From Catajapyx aquilonaris (Eukaryota), in NCBI GenBank assembly GCA_000934665.2, contig KZ538721.1, positions 1 to 51,569 on the forward strand: a stretch of DNA of 51,569 nt. Direction: 5' to 3'. The position numbers and the translations under genes were made by a program. Positions 12,882 to 24,181 of the stretch are shown piece by piece. Numbering within the stretch: the stretch's first letter is position 1; each line of letters begins with the position of its first letter. The notes below the pieces were generated by a model. That model had not been told where the DNA came from and did no database searches. It saw nothing but the letters and a program-made list of their open reading frames with translations.

Positions 12882-13514
12882 GTGAGAGCTGAAGAGAATT
12901 TGACCTGGCCAGTTGTGCATAGTTGACTGCACTGCAGTCTCTTCGCTGTGTAGGTAGCTGGGTTTGTGTAAATGCTACTGGTTGTGTGATTGAAGATAAA
13001 CTTTCTATAATTTAGTAGCCGATAAAAGACTAAGACATATGCATACCATTGACACAGGAATGGTGCAAATACATATTTGCAAGGAGGAACATCATGTGAC
13101 ATAAAATGAGGGGCTGAGGATCAAAAATTGCCAATTGACATTTTCATGAAAAATGAGTTAGGCACGGCATAGGGTTCTTAGGGGTGCACTGCACATTACC
13201 TTTGAATGTCGTATCAAAACTAGCACTCCTTCCCATGGTAATCAAGGGGAGAAAAGACTCTGAGGATCAAAACCCAACGACTATTTTCGAGATATGCGAA
13301 ACAAAAGCCGCCAACTGCAGTGTCTTGTGTGTCTGTGTCAGAAACTGCCAACTACTGTGTGCAAAATGAGTGAAGAATGAATGCAATAATTACTTCCACC
13401 ACTGACTTTTCGCGTCAAAAAGTGCCAATTACGTTGTGTCGGAATCAAAACCCACCAACTGCAACAAACAAGATTTAATTGTTGATGAACAAATGCAACT
13501 AGATTTTAAATATA

Positions 13515-13991
13515 CAGTAAAACTTCTGTAAGTCGAACTTCCCTAAGTCAAAGTTCTCTATATAAGTCGAAGAAAATGATGAGCTTGGTTGGTCACAATG
13601 TAAAATAATTGGAAATAAATTTCCCTAACTCGAATTTTTATAACTCGAAGTTCTCCATAACTCAAAGTGCTTGCGGGGCCTTACGATGGGCTATCAATTT
13701 ATTTTCAGTCTCCCTAAGTCGAAGTTCATATTGGTGAGTACGGATAGTTTTCTCATTTCCCAGCCGAAGGGTCGAGAGTAGGCCACATGTACAGAAAGGC
13801 TCAATTTCCTGATATCTGTCTACCAGACATACCGAAAGAAGTGTTTGACTCGATTGTGACAATTTATTGAATCCTTGAATCCAAGAGTAGGCAAATGTCC
13901 GTAACAGAGTTTTTTTTTTTACAACAAAACAACGAGGTACATTGTAAGTGTGATAGTGACAGTTATTTTTAAGTTTTGAACACCTTTCGTC
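13515..13991 (+). mobile_element. Truncated pogo/Tigger-like MITE (left part of the family complete at 22420-23012)
   Basis: TA|CAGTAAAACTTCT...; colinear with the 22420 copy up to gaacacctttcgtc, then switches to Helitron sequence. Confidence 0.85.
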
Positions 13992-15603
13992 ACGTGCACA
14001 TGGTCCTCTGGATAAAGAATGCGCCAGTGTTGGGGCGCGAATCAGTAGAAGAAATCTCCCGCTTCATTCAAAACCACGTGACTTGCGAACTCCCCAACGC
14101 TAATGTCCGTCCCAAACTGCATCAGCTTGTAAGCAAGTTTCAGGCTCACATGTGTAGTAGATACTGCAAGAGACCTACCCAGATGGAAGGAAGGTTCGTT
14201 ACCCGCTGCAAGTTCAGCTTCCCCAGAAAAGAGACAGAACATTTCATGCTCCACGATCTCATTTCTTCCGTTCGTCACAGGCAGAGCGCCAAGTCTGGCC
14301 AAGTCTAGACGGTCCTTTCAGACGTGTGAGACGAAATGTCCAAGTGCAACTCGCTCGTGCAGCAACTATGGAAGTTTGCCATGCGTGTCCTCACCGGCAG
14401 AGAGTGCGGAGCCTACGAAGCTGCAGGAAGACTTATCGGTGTCAGCATGTACGGAAAGACCTCCTCTATCAAGTACGTTAATGTGCTCATGACCCACCTA
14501 AGGACAAGGCGCCTAAAGAGCATTTCTGATATCGAAGACATACGAGTCAAGTCTCCGGAGTCTGAGAATATTTTCGAGAACAGTTGGGTGGACGACTATT
14601 ACCCCAATAGGCCTATGTCTATGGAAGACATATGCCTGTACGACGTTCTACGACTACACGACTATGTGAAGCGATCCAAGTCAACCGAAGGGCTCATCGT
14701 CCTCCAGTACAACAAGGGTTTGTTTAGGCTGAGGGTAAAACCCCACCTCATCAGCCACCGTCGATTCAACCCGTCGAAGGACATGGAGAGAGAACAGTAT
14801 TACTTTTCCATGCTGTTTCTGTTCTGCCCCTGGTGCGTCGAGAGCAACATTATACAGGGTCATTCCACTTTTGAGTCTGCGTTTAGGGTAGTCCTACCCA
14901 AAATCAAGACGCTCCATGAGTACCACGATAAGTTGTATACCATAAGAGAGGCAGAAGAAGAACTTATGAAGAACCTAGAAAAGGAAACACAGAACAACGA
15001 CTCCGATCCAGCACAAACATCTGGTGAGAGATTTATTCAGGGAGAAGAGCTCGAGACAGCAGCTATGATGGCTATGAAGGATCTTGCCAACGCTATGACA
15101 CATGATCCCATGGAGGACCTGGACCTCTTGGTATCACACCTAAACACCGATCAATCACGAGTATATTCCAGGATAAAAGATAAGATCTCTTCCGGACAAG
15201 TTGTACGCATGTTTGTCAGTGGCTGCGGAGGAACTGGAAAGAGTTTCCTGATAAATTCCCTAAAAGTAATGATGATGAAGATGTTTAGGGGAGACGGAGT
15301 GGCGCCGCGGTAACGTGTGCGCCCACGGATGTTAAGGTCCCGGGTTCGATCCCAGCCCGGGGACACCCCCTTCATCTCGTGCAGAGTTCTGGGGTCGTCT
15401 CTGGCTTCGTCTCGGGTGGTATATCCGCAGACTAAACCACCCGGGGGAGTTCACAAAACGACCAAGCACCGTTACCGCACTGCACTTGCACATCCCCTCC
15501 TGTCATCCTGCCCGTGGGCCCGGGCAGGTTACAATGTACTGTACCACTAATTAACAAGTAAAGGTCTGTGCTGATACCGATAAGGTGAGCACTATACCCA
15601 ACA

Positions 15604-15658
<55 letters not shown>

Positions 15659-17773
15659 GATGAAGATGTTTCCTTCTGAGAACATCGTGGTGGCAGTAGC
15701 GGCACCAACGGGACTAGCAGCGTTCAACGTCAGTGGAGTTACCATCCACAAGTTGGTGCAGGTGCCAGTAGAGCACGGTTCTACTGCTTCATACAGGCCA
15801 CTAACCGACGACACAGTCCAAGTCCTGAGATGTTGGTTCAGGAATCTGAAGCTCCTCATCGTAGACGAGGTGTCTATGGTGTCCAACCTCCTACTACTAT
15901 ATATTCACCTCCGACTACGTGAGATATTTTGCTGCAGAGAAGAGTGGTTTGGCAGAATCAGCGTCATTCTCTTTGGGGACCTTCTGTAGTTAATGCCAGT
16001 TAAAGGTCAGCCTGCTTTTAAGGAATTCAGGAGCAAGGAGATGTCAGAAAAGGTGGGGGGAGCAGGCGCCATCAACTTGTGGCGTGAGCTCTTAGAGTAA
16101 GAAGAGCTCCTCATAAACATGAGGCAGGAAAAGGACACTACCTACCAGAGGCTTCTGGCCGAGGTGCGAATCGGACAAGTGTCAGAGCCTACCTCCGTCT
16201 CCTATCAAGCAGGGTCTCACCATCTGACAGCGACCCATGTGACGTCTACAACCATTGCAAGACTGGAGGCTTGAATCCAGTTTGTCTCCTGCCTACAAAC
16301 GATGTGTGCCACCACTTCAACAAACGTATGCTTCTCTATCGTCTTGCCAACAGACGGTTCGACTCGAGGCTGAAGACAAGTTCACAGGCAACTTCGCAGG
16401 CAGGCAGAGGGGAAGCAAGCATTTGGAGAGTCTTCAAAATGATTCCTCCCGTACCGCCGGCCTCGAGACCATCCTCACCCTTGGTGTTGGATGTCGCATC
16501 ATGCTTCGTCAAAATATAGACCTACAAGAGGGTCTGGTTAATGGCACCATGGGCACAGTGTCAGGCTTTAGGTTGGAGAGTGGGCGGATCTCGGCTGTAA
16601 AAGTACAATTTGACAACATACCCGAGAACAACAAATGTATTGTCAGATGTGTGGTCAAGTTCAAACTAGGGTCAAACATATATGTGGAACGCAAGCAATT
16701 TCCTTTGATCCTGGCCTACGCCATCACTATCCACAAGTGCCAGGGCTTAACTTTAGATTCAGCAGTGATCGACCTCAGCAAGTCTGTGTTTGCCAGCGGC
16801 ATGGCATACGTCGCACTGTCACGGGTCAAGTCACTCCAGAGCCTTCACATCCTTCGGCTAGACGAATGTTGCATCAAGGCAGACGTAAGCAGCTTGAGAG
16901 AATACAATCGACTACGAGGCACTCTTTCACTGCCGCCTTTGTCACTGCTTAAGACCACCACGAAACGCCCCTGTGCAGCTACTGCAGCTCCAGTTATTAA
17001 AGGATTCCACAACCCTACCCCTAAGGTCTTGTGCTATGCTAATGCCACATTAGTCCGCCTCTTCGCACAAGACAAATTTAGGGTACTCCTAGTGAGTTCG
17101 AATGCAAGCAACAATGTCGTGCGAGCGATGCCTCTACAAAACAAAAAATTCAAAGGAAGAACTAGACTTGTCGCCCCCTCTTTATACTGCGTGAGAACAT
17201 CTGTTGGAGGACCCTTTGTCCTGGAGGAGCAGCAGGACTGCATGGAATTCCTCGAACATCTCGTAGAGAAATTGCCCCCGCAAATTAGACAATGGGGGAC
17301 GCACCAGCGCCGAGACCAGTACCATTGTAACTACTGCAACGCCAGATGGGAAGGGCCAGAAATAACTCATCGCTATCTACCTCTTGTCCCGAGACAGGAG
17401 AGCGTCAAGTTCGACACCCTGTTCCTACAGAAGGACGAGGAACTTGCGCACACAATGGGTACACACCAGGTCCGTCAGTATCAAGCACGTTGATAATTGC
17501 ATAATATTATACCTGGTACGGTATGATGACAAGGGGGTGAAAATCGAGACAGAAGTTGAAGCCTTCAACCCAGATAGGATTGTCGTGGATTCCCTGCAAT
17601 TCTACTGCAATGCTGCAATTATTCACAACGGCAAAACATCAAATGCCGGTCATTACACCTCCATTATCAAAGAAGCAGATCAATGGCTACACTTGAATGA
17701 CTCAGTAGAGCCAGAAGTACACCCTCAAAAAATACTTAGACATGCATATGTGATATTTTTGGCCCCTACCTAA
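13992..17773 (+). pseudogene. Disrupted Rep / Pif1 helicase / USP (peptidase C19) polyprotein
   Basis: Pif1 motifs GCGGTGKS, AAPTGLAAFNVSGVTIH, LIVDEVSMV, FGDLL*L.PV, NMRQ, RKQFPLILAYAITIHKCQGLTL, GMAYVALSRV. USP motifs GFHNPTPKVLCYANATL, QQDCMEFL, CNYC, HNGKTSNAGHYTS, WLHLNDS, AYVIF. Lesions: stops at 15987-15989 and 16098-16100, frameshifts at ~14310, ~16200-16340 and ~17450, and a SINE insertion. Confidence 0.85.
15287..15656 (+). mobile_element. Full-length tRNA-derived SINE (family A) inside the helicase ORF
   Basis: A-box-like TGGCGCCGCGGT, B box GGTTCGATCCC, (ATT)n tail; 15-bp TSD atgatgaagatgttt (15272-15286, 15657-15671). Confidence 0.92.
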
Positions 17774-17788
17774 ATTGCTCTGCATAAT

Positions 17789-17878
17789 CAGGGATGGAAA
17801 AAGAACCGAAGAAGCGGTTCTTTGTCCATATGCCCTTATGGAAAAAGAACCGCTTCTTCAGTTCTTTTTCCATCCCTG
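17789..17878. mobile_element. 90-bp double-hairpin MITE (hAT-like)
   Basis: TIR CAGGGATGGAAAAAGAAC; flanks tgcataat/gtcataat (6/8). Confidence 0.65.
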
Positions 17879-18085
17879 GTCATAATAAATGTCATTAAAA
17901 TGCATACTCTGTCAAGTTTCCTTCAAATAAACTGTTTGACAGCATGTACCGAGCATATAAATTTTATATGCGTGGCAGAATAGTTGGCACTTAGGCCACT
18001 ATTCTCGAAAGTCAATTTTCATAATTTTAAAACTCGTAGTGAGGTTTTTTTTTTTTTTGTCAAATAAACCTGATATATTCTAGTG

Positions 18086-18423
18086 CAGTGGTTTCCAACC
18101 TGGGGGTCGTGAGCTTTGGTTCAATATTCCTTTTCAATATACTGCATGTGCAATGATGAATAATTTATAATTAACAATGAATAATCCCCATATGAATATA
18201 CGTATATGCCTGCTGTATAGCAGTCAAGGTGATGTTTGCAGAACACTATTTTTATAAGCAAAGGAGAATTAGAAAAGGCAAAAATTTTCAAAATTCAGAG
18301 GAGTAAAATGTACCACTTTGACTGTGAGTGTATGTTTTCTTGAAAAGGGGAGGTATAGTAGAACAGGCCAGGGCAGGTTGGATAGGGAGGGGGTCGCAAT
18401 CGGTAAAAGGTTGGAAACCACTG
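18086..18423. mobile_element. hAT (Charlie/Buster-like) MITE
   Basis: CAGTGGTTTCCAACCT...AGGTTGGAAACCACTG; TSD ttctagtg on both sides. Confidence 0.85.
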
Positions 18424-18431
18424 TTCTAGTG

Positions 18432-19574
18432 CAGCGGTTTTCAAACTGGGGTACGCGAAAGATTTCGTGCAATGGCGTCCGCTGTCCACATACATATTTT
18501 GTGGGGAATAAACGGGGGAAAAATTATGGGAAAAAAAACAAACCTGGGATCATCTATAAGGATATGGATCTGATATAAAGTGGAAAACATGTGGAAATAT
18601 CGGGAGGAGAGATGATGGGAGGGTGGGTTTGGTGGGGGCTGGGGCTTCAAATGAGCAGCCTAAATAATACTATTACTTCTGATTACTTCCATATGGGGAC
18701 CGTGGAACTGCAAATTAGATACAGAGTCTCCCTAACTGTGGAAAACAACTGCACACTTATTCCCAGATATTAGTGATTAGTGCTCCAACTGGCGCAGCAG
18801 TATAGGAATAATATCATTTTCCCGAAATGGACACGTCAATGAATTGGATAAGGAACCAGTTTGATATTTTTTATTGCCAATTCCAAACATGCCAGTACAG
18901 GACCAAGGAGAAGATAATAATAATAATAATTAATAATAATAATTGGGTATAGGCGTACCCCTATTGGGGTCTTGCCGGACCTCTATTAATTTGTCAGAAT
19001 ACAATTTTGGCTCCTATTTGTACAGCGCCCGGGCCCACGGGCAGGAAGGGATGACAGGAGGGGATGTGCAAGTGCAGTGCCTTGTCCGCATGTGGTCGTT
19101 TTGTGAGCTCCCCCGGGTGGATTAGTCCAAGGAGAAGATTGAAACATCATATTATTATTTAAATAAAAAAAAACAACGGGAATTTGGACATAAAAAACTC
19201 TCGTCACCTTTTGGGCGGAAGGCATTGACGATTATCCTAGCATGGCCCCAGGCTGTCTGTGCTTTGAAACACTTCATTCCATTATTTTACCGCAACCTAT
19301 TTACGTGAAGCTGCTTTTCATCAATTAACAAAATACCGGAATCGACTGACTGCGGGGGGAAAAAACTACTTGAGACTCAAATTGACATCACTTGTCCCAA
19401 ACATTGACCACTTGTGCGCAAGGAAGCAAGCAAGCAGACCCATCACACTAACTGGTAATTAGTGCTCACAATATTACTATACGTATTATAATATGGTAGG
19501 ATGAGAATGGGGGTACAAACTGTCTTGGCAAATTTGAAAAGGGGTACACGACGAAAAAAGTTTGGGAAGCCCTG
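18432..19574. mobile_element. hAT (Charlie/Buster-like) non-autonomous element containing a SINE
   Basis: CAGCGGTTTTCAAACT...AGTTTGGGAAGCCCTG; TSD ttctagtg (18424-18431, 19575-19582). Confidence 0.75.
18916..19126 (-). mobile_element. 5'-truncated SINE family A
   Basis: Reverse complement matches the 3' half of 15287-15656; (AAT)n tail; 13-bp TSD ccaaggagaagat (18903-18915, 19127-19139). Confidence 0.9.
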
Positions 19575-19587
19575 TTCTAGTGGATAT

Positions 19588-19780
19588 GGGTGTGTGTGTG
19601 TGTATATACAGGGTGGTCCAACATCAAGTGTCGTTTTATAACGGCTATTAATAGAAGCGCTTTACGATTGACGTAGCAGCGACGTGTAAAATTGCCCACT
19701 TCGATGGCGCCGAAGATGCGCCGAAGTGGGACATTTTACGCATCGCATAGCAGTGATTTTGCGATGACGTAGCACGGGGT

Positions 19781-19826
<46 letters not shown>

Positions 19827-20029
19827 TCGGTTTATAGTCACTCACGACTCTCTCAGATACACCAGACCTTTTCTCTGGCCCCGGGCAGCTAAGGGAGTGC
19901 AATGCTGCCCCGGCGTGTCGGGTGAAAGCGGAAAAAGACCTGGCCAAGCAGAGGTGACGGGGACGGGATTTGAACCCCGGCCTCCCGCTTGGCTAGCCAG
20001 TGGCGTAACCACTGGACTACCACGCCTCC
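19588..20029 (-). mobile_element. tRNA-derived SINE (family D) with (TA)n tail and extra MITE-derived sequence inside the TSD
   Basis: Minus-strand head GGAGGCGTGGTAGTCCAGTGGTT...GGTTCAAATCCC; TSD ctgttctagtggatat (19572-19587, 20030-20045). Confidence 0.85.
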
Positions 20030-20312
20030 CTGTTCTAGTGGATATAGATAATGCCTATGAGGATTTCACAACGAAATGCAATGGTAGGCCTACCCACTTT
20101 AGTGTTCGTGACGAACAAAAAATGCTTTCCTGAAAAATTGGTTTACATGGCACTTAGGCCCCTCTGCAGTGGCACCACTCAAATGTGCATGAAGTTCATT
20201 TTTGTGATGTGGTACCACAACCCCCTCTTCCATTCTCATCCCTCTCTGCTGTATATCCCTACTCCCATCACTGCCCTCCTCCGCCATCCATACTGCATTT
20301 TTTTCAGAAAGT

Positions 20313-21117
20313 CTATCGTTTATCCGCACCTAGCGACGCGGCAGGGTTGGGAGGGCATGGTGGGCTCCAAACATGTTGTCTACAGGTCGCAAACAACCGG
20401 TTGCCGGGAGAGCACAACAAAGGGGGTCTTCTTACCTCTGCCACGCGAACCGATCAGATGAGTGCTAGGACCACAGTATTAATGAAGGAGGTGGGAAATA
20501 TGAAAGCCCTGATGGTTGCTGCAGTCCGTTAACCCAAAGAACGACATGATGTCACAACAACCGTGTTTTCTGAGCATGTGCAGTAGAATGCTTGCAGAGT
20601 GAGTCGTGGGCATGATTGGAGGGGAGAGCTGGGTGGAGGCGGGCGGAACTTGGCATCATGTCGTTCATTGGTTTAACGGACTGTGTGAAGGTGTACTTCG
20701 CGCTTGGCAAAGCCACAATAACGTTCGTTGACCTGCGGCGCACAATGAGGACCGCATTGTACGCGTATACAAACCGACAATAAGTGCCCAGCTCCGGTTT
20801 CGCTCCGCAAAGACTCAAAATATCACGCACGGTCAACGTACCGTGCCTGGCAGGGCTACAACAATGTACAGTACTGTTGCGGTAACAAAAAGCCATACAG
20901 CAACACCAAGACAAAGGGCTATTCCATCCACTTAATCACCTCAAAATCCCGAATTGAATCCCCGAAAGCCCGAAAAGAAGAATCAACCAGAGTTCCATGT
21001 AACCATGCAGCAGTATCAATAGGCACCCGATTGTTTGCGACGCAACGTTTTTAACCGTCGGGAGGCCCCCTGCCCGCCCAACCCCGACTGTGTTGTTAAG
21101 GTGCGGATAAACAATAG
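20313..21117. mobile_element. Non-autonomous TIR element, superfamily unclear
   Basis: ctatcgtttatccgcacct...aggtgcggataaacaatag inverted termini extending ~45 bp. Confidence 0.65.
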
Positions 21118-22149
21118 TTTATCATTTTTTTTCACTCAGTAGAGCTGCAAGGCAACAGGCATGTAAAATGGCTAGAGTTGAAAAAGACCAATACTGGTGT
21201 GATGCTTTTTAGATGTATAGCAAGCATAGGACGGAGAAATCTGACATTCCAGGTAATTGAATTTCTCACAGGCATTTCTGCCACCATAGTCAAAGGTTTC
21301 CTCCATTATATCAGTCATTCAGTCAGAAAATCTTGTCACAGAAGAGTGATCTACATGTTGCACTGATCTACCCCTCTGAAGAGGTCTTAGCCATATGCCA
21401 GATATGACTGTCATAGCTGTAGGAGATGCCCTACTCCGCAGTGCTTCCCAATCTTTTTCGTTGGCGGCCCCAGAAAATCGTCTTGTAAAATTCGCGACCC
21501 ATACTTCCATTTCAATCCCACGTCCCTCAGTGGTAGTCAATGACAAGAATCGCGAAATTAACACATCTTCTCATTTACAGGTGTATTTTTTCCACAGAGA
21601 GAATCATTTTGTAAAAATAATTTGCTACCCTCCCTCGCGACCCCACATATTATGTTTGCTATCCCATTTGGGGTTGTGACACAGTTTGGGAAGCTCTACC
21701 CTACTGGATTATTATAATCCCAGGACAGTTTCCAAATAGTCAGAGTTGAAAAAGGAATACCAAATAATATTTGAGAAGAATACATTAAGTGATAAAAGCC
21801 GTTACATATTTTCAAGCCAATCTGTTATTCTGGGTGGGTGGATGCAAGTATCAGTGTGGCACATATGTTAGTGTTGATGTGGCAATATTTTCATGCTGAT
21901 ATGATGGAGAAGAGCTTCCATTACAGCTGCAGCTATGGCGACAGCTGCAGACAGCTATATCAGTAAGAAATTCACCTCCTTGGGGAGGTCAAAGCTTGCA
22001 GGTACTAGCTTGAGACACTGAAAATTTCCACCTGAATTCCTTTGAGAATCAAACTCCTTGGGATGCTGTATTTATCTGTCCACTGCTGGTTATGCAGTTG
22101 GGAAGAGTAACAATCTCATTGGTCTTCTCTGATTCTAGACATTCTAGGT

Positions 22150-23054
22150 CAGTGGTTCCCAATCCCTGGGTCATGCCCCAAAATGGGATCACCAGCATGT
22201 TTTTAAGGGTCGCAGGGAAAGTCTGGAAAAAGGAATAGATTTTAAAAAACAGAAGAAAAAATAAGGGAAAGAAGGAAACTTTTGGGGAGAAAGTCATCTC
22301 AAATCTACATAAGCATTGTACGTGGTTGAACGTTGTGGTAATAAAATTTTTCGAGAAAAAGCGGGATTGGAGGAGGGAGGGGGAGTCCATAAGAGTCACC
22401 AGGTCAAGGAAAGGTTGTACAGTAAAACTTCTATAAGTCGAACTTCCCTAAGTCGAAGTTCTCTATAAGTCGAAGAAAATTATGAACTTGGTTGGTCACA
22501 ATGTAAAAGAATAGGAAATAAACTTTCCTAACTCGAATTTCTATAGCTCGAAGTTCTCCATAACTTGAAGTGCTGGCAGGACCTTACGATGGGATGTCAA
22601 TGCATTTTCAGTCTCCCTAAGTCGAAGTTCATGTTGGCGAGTACGGAAAATTTTCTCATTTCTCAGACAAAGGGTAGAGAGTAGGCCACATGTACAGAAA
22701 GGCTCTATTTCCTGATTTCCGTCTACCAGACGTACCGAAAGAAGTGTTTGGCTCGATTGTGACAATTGAATCCTTGAATCTAAGAGTAGGCACATGTCCA
22801 TAACGGAGATTTTTTTACAACAAAACAACGAGGAACATTGTAAGTGTGATAGTGACAGTAATTTTTAAGTATTGAACACCTTTCGTCGCTGGATATAAAG
22901 GTAGGCTTCCTTATAGAGTTCTGTGATTTAAAAAAGCCAAACTTCTCTAACTCGAATCTTCTATAACTCTAAGTTTTTTCCCGTGGAGATTCGACTTATA
23001 GAAGTTTTACTGTACGTGGATAGGGCCGCGACGAAAAACAGTTGGGAACCACTG
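22150..23054. mobile_element. hAT (Charlie-like) MITE with nested pogo-like MITE
   Basis: CAGTGGTTCCCAA...TTGGGAACCACTG; flanks ttctaggt/ctctagat (NTCTAGAN-type site). Confidence 0.75.
22420..23012. mobile_element. Complete pogo/Tigger-like MITE (593 bp)
   Basis: TA|CAGTAAAACTTCTATAAGTCGAA...TTCGACTTATAGAAGTTTTACTG|TA. Confidence 0.9.
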
Positions 23055-23699
23055 CTCTAGATGCTTGATGTGTAATAGCTTCATTGGGTGAAAAAGGTGC
23101 AGTATGGATGACAAGAGGAGAGGAGTGAAGGATATACAGTAAAATCTAGATATAAAGCTCTTCAAGGGACACTCAAAAGTAGGGTTATAAGCAGGAATTC
23201 GTTATATGCGGGAAATGTGATTTAATTCACCCTTTTCTCAGGGAATAAGTGCCTTCACTGTTGCTATGCATATGGATGCTGATAAACCAGGTTAACTTGA
23301 ACTGACCTGCCCATGTACCGCGTAGATTCTGAAAGTATCCCCTGAAGCACCCAAAACAATTGTGACTAACCAGGGTAATAGTTCACATAAGCCGCCTCTC
23401 CGCAACATTCACATGTTTAACACTTGGCAACAAGGCCCACTACCTTACATCATTCCACAAAGGCTCTCATACATCCAAGGTGCATGTAGGGGAAAAAATT
23501 CCACATTCTTTATCACTTTTTGTCAATTGCCCATCAATCCCATACTGCCAGCCTGCTTTCGAGTCCTCCCAGCCCTTCCCGTGGGTCTCAGGCCTCATCC
23601 CGCCAGGATGCTGCAAGCCTATCAGCTCAGTAGAGTCTCCCTGCCATTGCCACATCACTCGCCCAACCATACCTCAGCCTGAAGGGTGAACTTTAAGTC

Positions 23700-24181
23700 C
23701 TTTATGTACACACATGCGCCTTTTAACATTATATGAAGGAACAATTTTTTGGAGGTTCGGTGCACCCCCTCCCGGACAACTGCTTACAGTCAACAGTGTC
23801 CTCGAAATTGCATCAGCGAAGGAGTTTTTTTCATGGATCTGAACAGGTGAAAGTCACTGGGGGCCAAGCCGGGTGAGTGCAGCGGGTGTGAAAGCATCCA
23901 AACCCAGATCCATGAAGTAAACCCTTTGCCGACGCCATTTCGAGGACACTGTTGACAGTTGTTTACGTTGTTGATTGTGCACAGGTGTCCGGTTGTGGGT
24001 GCGTCGCACCTCCATAAAGTGGTTCCTGGAGGGCCTGGAGAGGTTGACACACCTGTGGTGGTAGTGCATTCGGCTCCAGTAGGATTCTATATCTATAAAG
24101 TGTGACTATCTACCGACCTGTGTGGAAACTGTATTTGTGGCAAAAAAATAAATTGTTAATCATTTTAGTACGGCCCTCGTA
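23700..24181 (-). mobile_element. Mariner deletion derivative
   Basis: Minus-strand terminus TACGAGGGCCG and translated HPLHSPGLAPSDFHLFRSMK (mariner HPPYSPDLAPSDF motif). Left boundary approximate. Confidence 0.7.

Larger units (their letters stand above)
13992..18058 (+). mobile_element. 5'-truncated, decayed Helitron-like element (Helentron/HLE2-type Rep-helicase)
   Basis: HUH motif HVHMVLW, Q.H.CS.YC, CKFSFP, RECGAYEAA, YYPNRP, EQYYFSMLFLFCPW, followed by a full Pif1 motif set. Right boundary inferred from hairpins plus a T-run. Confidence 0.88.

Noticed and set aside
15287..15365. tRNA genes at SINE heads (also 19955-20029, 30411, 43140, 43595, 48623)
   Set aside because: A/B boxes are present but continue into SINE bodies with tails and TSDs; no complete cloverleaf.
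15585..15660. Poly-Tyr and poly-Ile ORF segments (also 43299-43905)
   Set aside because: Translations of (ATT)n SINE tails.
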